A stretch of 64,000 nt of DNA from an uncultured Gammaproteobacteria bacterium (GCA_964404275.1 CAYOJH010000002.1:19042-83041), one strand, 5' to 3'; counted from the stretch's first letter, positions 9,796-19,668 are shown. Made by a program: numbers and translations. The notes: generated by a model from the sequence alone, not told the origin.

Positions 9796-10758
9796 ATGAA
9801 AGCCGCGGAGCTTGACGACGGCGAAATTCCTGAATCCGACGGCATACGCTATAGTGGCGGGGTTGTTATGGATGCAGAAGCTTTGACGCGCGAACTCCTG
9901 GCGGAACCGATCGAGCGGGCCGATTTTTATTGGCATGCGCCGGAGTATCGGTCCTCTCTTGAAAATTGGAACGCGCTCGCGACCGAAAACGAGGTGCATG
10001 CGGCGATTTCCGCCCGGGACGAGAAAGCGGAGCAGAAAAAAAGCCGGAAGGACATCGCCTTCGTGACGACCCACGCCGGACCGGGCGGACGCCTGCTCGA
10101 CGTGGGCTGCGGCTACGGCCGCCTCGCGAAATATCTGCTTCCGTCCGTGGCGTTCGAAGCGTACGTCGGCCTCGACAGCTCGCGCGTCATGCTCGGAAAA
10201 TTTCAAGAGCGGTACGCGGCGCGGCCGGAAGAGCAAACAACGCCGCTCGTCCTGGTCCAGGCGGACATCGACCGCTTGCCGCTCCGGGACGGTTCCATCG
10301 ATTGCTGCGTCGTCTCGGCGGTCTTCCTGCACAACCACAAGGACGTCACGCGAAGGTCGATCGGCGAGATCGTCCGCGTCTTGAAACCGGGCGGGAAACT
10401 GCTGGCCATCGGCTCGTTTCCGAACGCGCAGAGCCTGACGGGCCTGCAGGGCTGGGCTTTCCTGCGTTATCTGCGCTGGCGCGGCCAGGAAAAGAAAAAC
10501 GGTCCGGTGCGGTATTTCAGCCGCGTTGAAATTCTCGGCTTGCTGGATGGCTTTACGGACGTCGCTTTCTATCCGAGCGGTTTCTCGGTGTATCCGAAAA
10601 TGCTGCTCGGCTTGCCGGCCTTTCTGCGCTGGCATTACCGCCGTTTCTACGACATCCTTCACGGCTTTTTGCGCCATCATCTTCCCAAGCCCGTTCAAGA
10701 CATTTTCTGCGTGTATCACGACGTGGTTGCGGCTAAGGTTCCGTCTGACGGAGATTGA
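9796..10758 (+). CDS. Class I SAM-dependent methyltransferase
   Basis: Motif I LLDVGCGYGRLAKYL, then DIDRLPLRDGSIDCCV and RVLKPGGKLL. The start may instead be the ATG at 9868. Confidence 0.7.
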   Translation: MKAAELDDGEIPESDGIRYSGGVVMDAEALTRELLAEPIERADFYWHAPEYRSSLENWNALATENEVHAAISARDEKAEQKKSRKDIAFVTTHAGPGGRLLDVGCGYGRLAKYLLPSVAFEAYVGLDSSRVMLGKFQERYAARPEEQTTPLVLVQADIDRLPLRDGSIDCCVVSAVFLHNHKDVTRRSIGEIVRVLKPGGKLLAIGSFPNAQSLTGLQGWAFLRYLRWRGQEKKNGPVRYFSRVEILGLLDGFTDVAFYPSGFSVYPKMLLGLPAFLRWHYRRFYDILHGFLRHHLPKPVQDIFCVYHDVVAAKVPSDGD

Positions 10759-10798
10759 CGTCGCGCCTGTGCTATGCTAAGGAGACTTGAATTCTCCT

Positions 10799-11578
10799 AT
10801 GGCCAAAGCCCTGATCGTCATTCCGGCCCGCATGTCCTCGACCCGCTTTTCGGGCAAGCCGATGGCCGTGATCGCCGGCAAAAGCATGATCGAACGCGTC
10901 TGGCGGATCGCCAAGGCCGTGCCTTCGGCCGCGCGCGCGATCATCGCCACCGACGACGCGGAACTGAAAACGTTTTGCGAAACGTTCGGCGCGGAGGTCA
11001 TGATGACGAGCCCGGAGTGCGCGACCGGCACCGACCGCGTGGCCGAAGTCGCCGCCGCGCTTCCGGACTATGACATCATCTTCAACTTTCAGGGCGACGC
11101 CGTCCTGACGCCGCCGGCCGTGATCGAAACGCTGATCCAGGCCATGCAAGCCGACCTGGCCGCGCCGGTGGGCACGCCGGTCGTCCACCTCAAGGGAGAA
11201 GCGCTCGAAGGGTTTTTGGAAAAGAAAAAAGCCGGCAGCACGACCGGCACGACGGCCGTCTTCGATCTGAACGGTTACGCGCTGTATTTTTCGAAGGCGG
11301 TGATCCCCAACGTCCGCGGAAAGATGGAGCATCCGCCGATCTTCAAGCACGTCGGCCTCTACGCCTATCGCCGCGAAGCGCTTGCGAAACTCGCTTCGTT
11401 GCCCGAAGGCCGCTTTGAAAAAGCCGAGAAGCTCGAGCAGCTGCGCGCGCTCGAGAACGGCATCCGCATCGCGTGCGTCGAGGTCGAGCTGGGCGGCCGC
11501 ACGATGGCCTCGGTCGACAATCCGGAAGACGTCGCGCAGGTCGAGTCGATCATCGCCAAGGAGGGCGAGCTGCTGTGA
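10799..11578 (+). CDS. kdsB: 3-deoxy-manno-octulosonate cytidylyltransferase (CMP-Kdo synthetase)
   Basis: MAKALIVIPARMSSTRFSGKPMAVIAGKSMIERV is the KdsB N-terminus. AAGGAG lies 15 nt upstream of the ATG; the ORF-track start at 10787 is a TTG. Confidence 0.85.
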   Translation: MAKALIVIPARMSSTRFSGKPMAVIAGKSMIERVWRIAKAVPSAARAIIATDDAELKTFCETFGAEVMMTSPECATGTDRVAEVAAALPDYDIIFNFQGDAVLTPPAVIETLIQAMQADLAAPVGTPVVHLKGEALEGFLEKKKAGSTTGTTAVFDLNGYALYFSKAVIPNVRGKMEHPPIFKHVGLYAYRREALAKLASLPEGRFEKAEKLEQLRALENGIRIACVEVELGGRTMASVDNPEDVAQVESIIAKEGELL

Positions 11579-11579
11579 T

Positions 11580-12209
11580 ATGCTGCGCCTCTTTTTCCTC
11601 CGGCACGGCAATACGTTCGAGGACGGCGAGGCCTCCTGCCAGATCGGCGCCAAGACCGACATTCCACTGACCGCCCAGGGCCGCGCGCAAGCCGAAAAGG
11701 CCGCCGACTTTTTCGCCTCGCAGGACATCGCGCTCTCCGCCATCCATGCCGGCGGCTTGAAGCGCCAGAGAGAAACGGCGGAGATCGTGGCGAAAAAAAC
11801 CGGCGCGCCGGTCTTGGAAACGGACGCGCTCTCCGAGCTCGACTACGGCGCCTGGGAAAATCTCACGACCGACGAAGTCAAAGCGAAATTTCCCGCCTCG
11901 TACGAGGCGTGGAGCAAAGCGGGGGAGTGGCCGGCTGAATTCGCCGGCAGCGCCGAGGATGCGCGCCGACGCTTGTCGGTTTTTCTCGAGCGCATCCGCT
12001 GCTCGTACGAAGACGGTTCGGCCGTGCTGGCCGTGACGAGCCAGGGCATCATGAAACTCGTCACTTCCGTGATCGAACCGGAGCGTTGGACCGAGCTGCA
12101 GTCCCGCCGCGCCGTCGATGATCTCAAGGTCAAAACCGGCGCGATCTGCGAGATCGCGCTCGAGCGGGATGGATGGAGGACGATTGCCTGGAACGTCGTT
12201 CCGGAGTAA
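11580..12209 (+). CDS. Histidine phosphatase family protein (phosphoglycerate-mutase-like)
   Basis: LFFLRHGNT is the RHG catalytic motif. ATG is 2 nt after the kdsB stop. The gene sits between kdsB and kdsD where a Kdo-8-P phosphatase would be expected. Confidence 0.7.
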   Translation: MLRLFFLRHGNTFEDGEASCQIGAKTDIPLTAQGRAQAEKAADFFASQDIALSAIHAGGLKRQRETAEIVAKKTGAPVLETDALSELDYGAWENLTTDEVKAKFPASYEAWSKAGEWPAEFAGSAEDARRRLSVFLERIRCSYEDGSAVLAVTSQGIMKLVTSVIEPERWTELQSRRAVDDLKVKTGAICEIALERDGWRTIAWNVVPE

Positions 12210-12225
12210 GGTGGAATTCAAGCGT

Positions 12226-13233
12226 ATGAACGGAATTGCCGAGGCGAATTTAACGGCCAAGACCATGGATGATCTGTCGCAGGACGCGCAGGATCGCGAT
12301 TTTGTCGCCAAACAGGCGGCTGCCATTCAGTCCGTCCTGAAAAATCTGGACGGCGAACTGGACAAGGCCGTCGGTCTTTTGGTCGGCGCGCGCGGAAAAG
12401 TGATCGTGACCGGCATCGGCAAATCCGGTCACATCGGCATGAAAATCGCCTCGACCATGAACAGTCTCGGCACCATGGCGGCTTTCCTGCACCCGGCCGA
12501 AGCCTTCCATGGCGATCTCGGCCTCGTCGGCAAGGACGATATCGTCGTGATGCTGTCGCACAGCGGTGAAACCAAGGAAACGCTGCGGCTTTTGCAGCAC
12601 GTAAAGCGCCACGGCACGGCCGTGATCGCCATCACCGGCAACGACGCTTCGTCCATGGCCATGGCTTGCGACGCCGTGCTGACGTACGACGTCGAAGACG
12701 AAGGCTCGCCGCACAACTTGGCGCCGATGGCCTCGACCGCCGCGATGCTCGTGATCGGCGATCTCTTGGCTGCGCGCCTTTGCCGCGCGCGCGGCTTCAC
12801 GGCCCAGGATTTCGCCGCCTCGCATCCGGGCGGCGCGCTCGGCCTCCAGCTCACGCGCGTCTCGGAACTGATGAAAACAGGCGAAGCGGTGCCGCTCGTT
12901 TCCGCCCAAACCGCGTTTCTCGAAGCGCTGCGCGCCATGAACGCCAAAAAGCTCGGCGTGGTCGGCGTGACCGATCCACAAGGCCGCTTGATCGGCGTCA
13001 TGTCCGACGGCGACGTCCGCCGCTTCGTATCTTCAGAACGATTTTCGCTCGAGGCGCCCGTTTCCGACGCAATGACGCCGCATCCGAAAGTCATCGGCGC
13101 CGAGGATTCGTTGAAAGACGCCTTGGCGTTGATGGAACAATACAAGATCACGGTGCTGTTCGCGCTTGATCGGGACGGCAAGCCGCAAGGCGTCATCCAC
13201 ATGCATCACATCATCGAAGGAAAAATCGTATGA
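12226..13233 (+). CDS. kdsD: Arabinose-5-phosphate isomerase (KdsD/KpsF; SIS domain plus tandem CBS domains)
   Basis: SIS motif VIVTGIGKSGHIGMKIASTMNSLGT, MLSHSGET, and C-terminal CBS pair. AAGGTGG Shine-Dalgarno is present. Confidence 0.85.
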   Translation: MNGIAEANLTAKTMDDLSQDAQDRDFVAKQAAAIQSVLKNLDGELDKAVGLLVGARGKVIVTGIGKSGHIGMKIASTMNSLGTMAAFLHPAEAFHGDLGLVGKDDIVVMLSHSGETKETLRLLQHVKRHGTAVIAITGNDASSMAMACDAVLTYDVEDEGSPHNLAPMASTAAMLVIGDLLAARLCRARGFTAQDFAASHPGGALGLQLTRVSELMKTGEAVPLVSAQTAFLEALRAMNAKKLGVVGVTDPQGRLIGVMSDGDVRRFVSSERFSLEAPVSDAMTPHPKVIGAEDSLKDALALMEQYKITVLFALDRDGKPQGVIHMHHIIEGKIV

Positions 13234-14063
13234 GCGCGGCACAGCGGCATATCGCGATCGGCGGTTTCGCGGCCGGCAACGACTTGCCGTTTTTCTTTAT
13301 CGGCGGTCCCGACTCCCTCGAGAACCTGGAGCACGCCATGAAGATGGCGACCGAAATCAAAAAGATCTGCGACGCGCTGGGTATCCCGTACGTTTTCAAA
13401 GCCTCCTACGACAAAGCCAACCGCACCTCGGCCAAGAGCTTCCGCGGCGTCGGCCTGGAACGGGGGATCGAGATCCTCTCCGCGATCAAGCGCGAACTGG
13501 GCATCCCGGTCACGACCGATTTTCATACGGCGGAAGAAGCGGAAAAAATCGGTCCCGTCGTCGACATGTTGCAGGTGCCGGCGCTCTTGTCGCGCCAAAC
13601 CGATCTGATCCAGGCCGCGGCCAAGCACGCCAAGGTCGTCAACATCAAGAAAGGCCAGTTCATCGCGCCGCATGACATGCGCCAGGTCATCGCCAAGGCG
13701 ACGCTGGCGGGCAACGAGAATATCCTGGCCACCGAACGCGGCTACATGTTCGGCTACAACGACGTGGTCGCCGACATGCGCTCGCTCCACGAAATGAAAA
13801 AGACGGGTCATCCCGTGATTTTCGACGCCGCGCATACGGCCCAAACGCCCAGCACGAACGGTGAATCGTCCGGCGGCGATCGGACGCTCATGCCGCCGCT
13901 CGCCCGCGCCGCCGTGGCGGTCGGCGTAGCTGGCATTTTCATGGAAGTCCACGATGATCCGGACAACGCGCCGGTCGACGGCCAGAGCTCGCTGGACCTC
14001 AAGGATCTGAAATCCGCGCTCGCGACCCTCAAGGAACTCGACCGCGTCGTCAAAGGCGCGTAA
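13230..14063 (+). CDS. kdsA: 2-dehydro-3-deoxyphosphooctonate aldolase (Kdo-8-phosphate synthase)
   Basis: DAHP/KDO8P synthase family motifs (LPFFFIGGP, KASYDKANRTS, FDAAHT). Overlaps kdsD by 4 nt. Confidence 0.9.
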   Translation: MSAAQRHIAIGGFAAGNDLPFFFIGGPDSLENLEHAMKMATEIKKICDALGIPYVFKASYDKANRTSAKSFRGVGLERGIEILSAIKRELGIPVTTDFHTAEEAEKIGPVVDMLQVPALLSRQTDLIQAAAKHAKVVNIKKGQFIAPHDMRQVIAKATLAGNENILATERGYMFGYNDVVADMRSLHEMKKTGHPVIFDAAHTAQTPSTNGESSGGDRTLMPPLARAAVAVGVAGIFMEVHDDPDNAPVDGQSSLDLKDLKSALATLKELDRVVKGA

Positions 14064-14068
14064 GCGCT

Positions 14069-15532
14069 ATGGACGAATTCGCGGCCGCTTTGAAAAATCT
14101 CAAGACGTTCAACCGGATGGTTTCGACGCATCCGGAACTTTCGTCGCTCCTGATCGACGGCGACCATGATTTCCTGCAGTGGCGGCAAGCCAAGATTTTC
14201 GTGGCCTTCCGCGAGCAGTATCGGCGCGCGACCGCGCGAGGAGCGAAAAAAAGCCGCGACAGAGCGCGGTATCTCCTTTCCGGACTTCTCGCCTGCGCGC
14301 TGACCGCCTGGGCTGCCTTGGCGCGAGGAAAAAAGGACGTCGTGATCTTCGGCGTGGACAAGATCAGCGCGGAACGGGATCACGATTTCCGTCTCGACGG
14401 CATCTATCGTTTCCTGAAAGAAAAAAACCTTTCGTTCACCGAAATCCTCCATACGCAGCTCGACGGAACGATGGGCCGGAACGCGCGGAGCCGCAAGCGC
14501 GCCGCCGTCTACCGCGAGGCTTTCGAATTCCTGGGCCTGATCTGGTTTCGTTTCTGCCGGTGCCGCGCCGAAGCGCGCCGCGTCGCCTCCGCTCTTTCCT
14601 GCGCGGAATTCGAAGAAGGCGATCGCGCCTTCGCGCGCGCGCTCGCCGAAAAACTGCTCCGCGGACGGCTGGCCTCGCGTTTTGAAATCGCTTGGTATCG
14701 GCGCGTGCTGCGGCGCATCAAGCCGCGCATGATCCTGGCGATCGACGATACGCGCTATCTGCAAGAAATCTGCGCGGCGGCACGGGCCGAACGTATCCCC
14801 GTCTACGCGTTCCAGCACGGCCACTTCACGAAATATCACGCCGGCTGGCTGGCCTCCGGCGCCGGCGGCGGAACGGACGCGCGGCCGGACGCGCTATTCG
14901 TCTGGAGCCCGTATTGGAAAAACGAGCTTTTGCGCCTCGGCACGAATTTCCGGGCGGACGAGCTGCGCGTCGGCGGAAATCCGAAAGGCGACGCGCCGAT
15001 CATTGAGGTATCGACCTATCAGCCCCCGGCGGCCGGGGACAGGATCGAACTGCTCGTGCCATTTGAATCTGACGCGCCCTTCGACGAGATGAAAGCCGTC
15101 ATGCGCTCGCTGCTTTCCACGGGCCGCGTCAAGATCTGGCTGAAGACGCGTCCTGACTGGGGCGCGCAGGAACAAATGCGGCGCTACGGACTCGACGAAC
15201 TTTCGCGCGAACAGGCCGAGGCGATTCCGGACCATCGGCCTCTGATCGGCCGGATCCATGCCGTGGCCGGAGCGTATTCGACCTTTCTCTATGACGCGCT
15301 ATCGGCGCTGCGCCCGGTTTTCATTTTCAAGACTTCGATGGATTTCGGGGAGGGCATGCTGATAAACGGCTTGGCTGACGCTTTTGATGCGCATGCGTCT
15401 GATCCGGCCGGGCGCTTGTCGTCCTCATGCGCGGAAGCCGCACCGAAACTGAAAAACCGCCTTGAAACGTATCAGGGCGGCGCAGGGAACCTCACTGAGA
15501 CGCTGCGGGCGCTTTTTGGGAAACAGGCGTAA
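14069..15532 (+). CDS. Unclassified GT-B-fold glycosyltransferase-like protein in the Kdo cluster (candidate Kdo/capsule transferase)
   Basis: 487 aa. The C-terminal half has a GT-B-like donor-binding signature (IHAVAGAYSTFLYDALSALRPVFIF). It lacks the WaaA motifs. Family assignment is inference. Confidence 0.4.
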   Translation: MDEFAAALKNLKTFNRMVSTHPELSSLLIDGDHDFLQWRQAKIFVAFREQYRRATARGAKKSRDRARYLLSGLLACALTAWAALARGKKDVVIFGVDKISAERDHDFRLDGIYRFLKEKNLSFTEILHTQLDGTMGRNARSRKRAAVYREAFEFLGLIWFRFCRCRAEARRVASALSCAEFEEGDRAFARALAEKLLRGRLASRFEIAWYRRVLRRIKPRMILAIDDTRYLQEICAAARAERIPVYAFQHGHFTKYHAGWLASGAGGGTDARPDALFVWSPYWKNELLRLGTNFRADELRVGGNPKGDAPIIEVSTYQPPAAGDRIELLVPFESDAPFDEMKAVMRSLLSTGRVKIWLKTRPDWGAQEQMRRYGLDELSREQAEAIPDHRPLIGRIHAVAGAYSTFLYDALSALRPVFIFKTSMDFGEGMLINGLADAFDAHASDPAGRLSSSCAEAAPKLKNRLETYQGGAGNLTETLRALFGKQA

Positions 15533-16382
15533 AGATCATCTTCATGCCATAGGAGGGGATTTGGAGAAACGAGTCGTTGACTTCCACGAGGTTAAATCCA
15601 TTGCGTTGCATGACACGGCAAAGGGTCTCGCGGCTATAATGGTACAAATGACCGAGGCTGATCGCATCCATGCGTGAGCCGTACTTTTGTACGTCGGGCA
15701 CTTCAAGAATGAGGAAGCCATGATCGGAAATGCGCTCGTGCAGACTCGCCAACAAACGGTCAGGATCGCCGATATGCTCGAACACATGCCAAAGCGTGAT
15801 CGCATCGAATGTCCTGCGCGGAACGGCGTCCAACGAAGGGTGGATAACGAGATCGGTCGAAGCGGAACCCAAAAAGCGGCTTCCTGGTTCCACGCCCTGG
15901 ACGTCAACGCCCGGCCAGGCTTTCTTAAGGAGGTGAAGAAACATGCCCTCCGCGCAGCCATAGTCGAGGATGACCGGTTCTGCGGTCTTGAAAAGGCCGC
16001 GTTGACGGAGATGGAGGACATACCTCACGTTGCGCGCGGCGACAACGGCGGTTTTTCGGAAATGAGAAGCACCGGGCCAAAGCCAGCCGCTTTCAATGCC
16101 TCGATACAAGTGGCTGCGGTAATAGCGCTCGATGAAGCGCGGCGTCGGCATCGGGTTTTCCATCACGAATCCACACTGACAGCGCACCGTCGCTATCTGC
16201 AGGCCGTATTTGTCTCGGTCATGCAATAACGTAAAGACGCCCCCCCCACACAGGAGGCAAGGGCGAAGCTCCGTTTCCAGCACGCGCATGATCGCATGCC
16301 GATACCAACAACGGATGACGGCGTGCAGCATGCGCTCGATTTTCGCGACGAGCCGGCCGGCCACAGGAAACGTTTTCCTCAT
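15492..16382 (-). CDS. SAM-dependent methyltransferase with N-terminal Cys4 zinc-finger
   Basis: CLLCGGG...CQCG followed by motif I ILDYGCAEGMF and LWHVFEHIGDP. Shares a 4-nt overlap with the upstream flippase. Confidence 0.7.
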   Translation of the reverse strand: MRKTFPVAGRLVAKIERMLHAVIRCWYRHAIMRVLETELRPCLLCGGGVFTLLHDRDKYGLQIATVRCQCGFVMENPMPTPRFIERYYRSHLYRGIESGWLWPGASHFRKTAVVAARNVRYVLHLRQRGLFKTAEPVILDYGCAEGMFLHLLKKAWPGVDVQGVEPGSRFLGSASTDLVIHPSLDAVPRRTFDAITLWHVFEHIGDPDRLLASLHERISDHGFLILEVPDVQKYGSRMDAISLGHLYHYSRETLCRVMQRNGFNLVEVNDSFLQIPSYGMKMIFTPVSQKAPAASQ

Positions 16383-17671
16383 AGGGAACGCGCTGCGCCA
16401 TGTTCTGCGCGTCGGCTGACGCGTTCGGCGTAGAAGAGCCCGAGCGCCAAACCGCTGAATTTAGAGATGATTTTGGCGTAAGCCACGCCCATCAAACCTA
16501 ACGGTTTGATGAGCAGCAGGAGGAAAACGATGAAAACGATCGAAGGACCGTTGCCGGCGATGTACCTGCCGCGGATATCGTGGTGCGCCGTGATGAAGGC
16601 CTGCGGAAGATGCGACGGCACGATGAAGATCTGGGCGGCGAGGAGCACGATCGCGTAGCGCGCCGCTTCCTGGTAGGCGGGAAAGACCAGCCGGTAGGCC
16701 CAGGGCGCGAGCAGCATCGCGATGCCGGAAAGCGGCGCGGCGACGATCATCGTGATGATCGTTTTGCGGAGCAGCGGAGCGAAAGCCTTGGCTGGCGATT
16801 GCTCCGCGAATTTCGGCATGGCCAGCGTTTTCAAATTCGAGGTCAGGCCGTCGACCTGTTCAGGCAAGGCCTGGGCCAGTGCGTAAACTGCCGTCGGCGC
16901 TGCGCCGAAGAATTGGAAAATCAGGATCTTGTCGAGGTTGACCGTCAAACTGCCGATCACGTTCAAAAAGCTGGCGTGTGCTCCGAAACGCATCGCCCCT
17001 GGATCCACCGTGTCGTTGGAAGTGTGGCGGGCGATCGTCAGGCGGTAGGCCGCGTACATGGCCAGGGCGGTGGACCCGACCGAAACCGTCACCAGGATCG
17101 CCGGATTGTGCGGCAGGAACAGCAAGGCCAGGACGAGTGCGGTGGCCGGCGCCGCCTGGCGCAAGGTGTTGTATACCGCGGCGGTTTTAAAAACTTTCTT
17201 ACCGCGCAAGAAGTGCGAGAACAGACTCGCGGACTGGGTGATCGGCAGGCAGATCCCGATCGCGACGAGCGCCCAAGCGAGCTTCGTATCGGCGTGCCAA
17301 AAGTACCAGCCGGCGCCGAGGAGGGAAAATAAACCGATCAGCAGATTCCATCGGAAGGATCGGTGCGCCAAAAAGCGCAGCGTGCCGTCCTGCCCGGTGG
17401 CGGCGGAGCGCACCAGCGCTTCTCCCAGGCCGGTCAAGGTGAAGCCGGTCAAAGCGCCGCCGATCGACATCAAATATTTGTAATACCCGTAGGCCTCCTT
17501 GGAGGCCAAATTGGCGAACAGGATGGCGACGACCAGCGACATGAGCGATCCCGCCAGCGAGCCGAAAGCGAGCCAAAAACCGCCCTTGGCGGCGTAGAGA
17601 ACGTCGGTCCGGAAGATCGGCTGCAGCCGAAGCAGCAGCGCTTTCGAGCGGTTTTTCAGGGCCTCGAACAT
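16379..17671 (-). CDS. Polysaccharide flippase, Wzx-like (MOP superfamily)
   Basis: Polytopic membrane protein, paralogous to 3942-5243. Confidence 0.7.
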   Translation of the reverse strand: MFEALKNRSKALLLRLQPIFRTDVLYAAKGGFWLAFGSLAGSLMSLVVAILFANLASKEAYGYYKYLMSIGGALTGFTLTGLGEALVRSAATGQDGTLRFLAHRSFRWNLLIGLFSLLGAGWYFWHADTKLAWALVAIGICLPITQSASLFSHFLRGKKVFKTAAVYNTLRQAAPATALVLALLFLPHNPAILVTVSVGSTALAMYAAYRLTIARHTSNDTVDPGAMRFGAHASFLNVIGSLTVNLDKILIFQFFGAAPTAVYALAQALPEQVDGLTSNLKTLAMPKFAEQSPAKAFAPLLRKTIITMIVAAPLSGIAMLLAPWAYRLVFPAYQEAARYAIVLLAAQIFIVPSHLPQAFITAHHDIRGRYIAGNGPSIVFIVFLLLLIKPLGLMGVAYAKIISKFSGLALGLFYAERVSRRAEHGAARSL

Positions 17672-17710
17672 GGCTTGATCTTACCCGGACTTTCCGCAAA
17701 AGGACAGCCG

Positions 17711-18169
17711 ATGGTACAATCGTCGCCGACGCGTTTTTATCCCCATCCGCCTATGCCCAGCCTGGAAGAAGTCCACGGTCGTTTGCGCGCCAAAGCCCGA
17801 GAGAAAAGCGAGCTCCAGAAAGCTTTCAAGGACGAGCTCGCCAACAATCCGCGCTACCAGCAGATCGTCGAGCAGCTCAAGACGTTGAAAGAAGAAAAAA
17901 AATCAATCGAGAACCAGACGTGGGCCTCATCTTCGGCCGACGCGCAGAAGCTCGATCTCCTGACGCTCGACATCCAGTCCGACAAGGAGATGCTTTCCGA
18001 ACTCGCGCTCAACCTGTACGTCAAAGGTCAGACAGTCGAGATCGTCGACGAGTTGCATGTCCGCTGGGTCCCGAAATTTTCCGTCGCGTTTAAAAAAGAC
18101 GACGAAGCGCAGGAGGAGCGCGCGTCGAACCACGCCGTCGCGGTCCCCGAACCGGACTTCGCGGCCTAA
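17711..18169 (+). CDS. Hypothetical coiled-coil protein
   Basis: Start chosen at the internal ATG MVQSSP, because the upstream part of the ORF is antisense to the flippase. Charged K/E-rich heptads. No recognizable domain. Confidence 0.4.
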   Translation: MVQSSPTRFYPHPPMPSLEEVHGRLRAKAREKSELQKAFKDELANNPRYQQIVEQLKTLKEEKKSIENQTWASSSADAQKLDLLTLDIQSDKEMLSELALNLYVKGQTVEIVDELHVRWVPKFSVAFKKDDEAQEERASNHAVAVPEPDFAA

Positions 18170-18184
18170 GCCGTTATCCTCCCT

Positions 18185-18826
18185 ATGGACGAGAAAACGA
18201 TCCAAAAGATGAACACCGCGATTTCCGTCGTGTTCATTTCCGCCGCGCTGATCCTGTTCATGGTCGCGCTTCAGCATCGCCAAGCGTCCGTCGCCAACCC
18301 AGGCGGCGCTTCGACGGCGCCGAAAACGAGCGATACGCAGGACTACGACGATCTGGCCGGCATGCAGCAGGCCGCCTTGGGCAAGGATTTCGCCAGCTGG
18401 ACGCCGGAAGGCAAACTGGACGCCGAGAAGACGCTGACCGCGTCGCTCGTCGTCAAAGGCCAGATCGCCAAGGCATACCTCGCGGTCAAAGCCTCGCTCG
18501 ACGGCAAGCCGCTCACGAAATACGAAAGCGTCTATCTGAAATTGAACGACGTCGGCGGCCATCTGTTCCGCCCGCAGAGCTTGAAGACGCCTGACACGGG
18601 CGACACCAGTCTGCTCTACGAGTTGAACGACGTGCCGGTCCTGCCGAGCGTGCCGTACGACGAAGCGCGCGTGCCGGAGAAGGCCGACCTCGCCGCGACG
18701 CTCCAGGACGGCAAGACGGTCCGCCTGACGGCCTTCATCTCGTCGCTCCGCCCGGCCCTGCTCGAAGACGTGACGATCGCCTACGTCTGCGCCGACAATT
18801 CCGACTGCTCGCTGACGATAAAATAG
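18185..18826 (+). CDS. Hypothetical membrane-anchored protein (N-terminal TM, extracytoplasmic domain)
   Basis: TM helix ISVVFISAALILFMVAL followed by a hydrophilic domain with a C-terminal Cys pair. Confidence 0.45.
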   Translation: MDEKTIQKMNTAISVVFISAALILFMVALQHRQASVANPGGASTAPKTSDTQDYDDLAGMQQAALGKDFASWTPEGKLDAEKTLTASLVVKGQIAKAYLAVKASLDGKPLTKYESVYLKLNDVGGHLFRPQSLKTPDTGDTSLLYELNDVPVLPSVPYDEARVPEKADLAATLQDGKTVRLTAFISSLRPALLEDVTIAYVCADNSDCSLTIK

Positions 18827-18840
18827 AAACGGGGATAAAC

Positions 18841-18880
18841 CGGCCTGGCGCGAGCGCGCGCAGGCCGGTATTGTTTTGGC
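18841..18880 (+). terminator. GC-rich stem-loop (ACCGGCCTG...CAGGCCGGT) followed by a T-run; probable terminator
   Basis: 9-bp perfect inverted repeat flanking a GC palindrome, then ATTGTTTT, just upstream of the GGGAGG Shine-Dalgarno of the next gene. Confidence 0.4.
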
Positions 18881-18901
18881 GTTCCTGACAGGGAGGAAAC
18901 G

Positions 18902-19624
18902 ATGGAACCCGATGTACGTTTCAAGCTGCTCGAGGGCCGTTTTCACAAGATCCTGGCCCGGCTGCGCGAGTTCCGGCGCCTTCATCCCGCGAAGATGCTC
19001 GTGCTCGTCGCCGAGTTCTGGGGAACGCCGAAGGCCGGCAAGTCCACGATGCTCACGATGGCGCGCGACTTCTTGAAGCGCGTCGGCGCGAAGGTGACGG
19101 CGCGGCCGGAGGGCGCGGAAGTCGTCGATCTTCCCCGCACCACGCCGCACTACAACCTGCAGACGTGCCGCTACGCGCTGACCGAGCTGTTCATGCACCT
19201 CTTCGGCGATTGGGAGATCGTTCTCCTCGACCGAGGGCTCAAGGACGGCGAAGTCTGGATGGACTACTGGTTCGGCAAGGACATGCTCTCGGAAGGGGAT
19301 CACCGCGCGCTCGTCGGCGCGTACAACGCCCGGATCTACCGCGATCTGTTCGACCTGCACATTTGCATGGTCTGCGATCCCGAGACCGCGCTTGACCGCG
19401 AGCTCGCGCACGCCATCTCGAAGATGGAAGGCGAGACGATGAACCTCAAGACGCTGCGCAATCTGCGGGCGATCCATGAGCGCGTCTGGGCGCGCGGAGG
19501 CGGCGAGGCCGATCCCAAGATGGTCTGGCACGATACGTCCAAGGAAACGCCGGTCGAAACGTCGGAGGCCATCCTGCATGCGCTGGCCGACGCCTTCGAA
19601 CGGCGGCTCGCGACGATCAAGTAA
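18902..19624 (+). CDS. P-loop kinase, deoxynucleoside-kinase-like
   Basis: Walker A EFWGTPKAGKST, then a DRG...YWF segment and DPE...LDRE resembling dNK family motifs. GGGAGG Shine-Dalgarno 5 nt upstream. Confidence 0.55.
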   Translation: MEPDVRFKLLEGRFHKILARLREFRRLHPAKMLVLVAEFWGTPKAGKSTMLTMARDFLKRVGAKVTARPEGAEVVDLPRTTPHYNLQTCRYALTELFMHLFGDWEIVLLDRGLKDGEVWMDYWFGKDMLSEGDHRALVGAYNARIYRDLFDLHICMVCDPETALDRELAHAISKMEGETMNLKTLRNLRAIHERVWARGGGEADPKMVWHDTSKETPVETSEAILHALADAFERRLATIK

Positions 19625-19650
19625 CCCGCGGCTTCGCGGGTTTTTTCTTT
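19625..19650 (+). terminator. Rho-independent terminator
   Basis: CCCGCG-gctt-CGCGGG followed by TTTTTTCTTT, immediately after the TAA stop. Confidence 0.8.
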
Positions 19651-19668
19651 GTGTTATGGTGGAGGCCT

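Noticed and set aside
14069-15532. Assignment as WaaA (Kdo transferase)
   Set aside because: It lacks the GT30 WaaA motifs (for example SVGE). Kept as an unclassified GT-B-like protein.
17927-19579. 550-aa minus-strand ORF
   Set aside because: It spans four plus-strand genes in antisense. R/A/G/V-rich.
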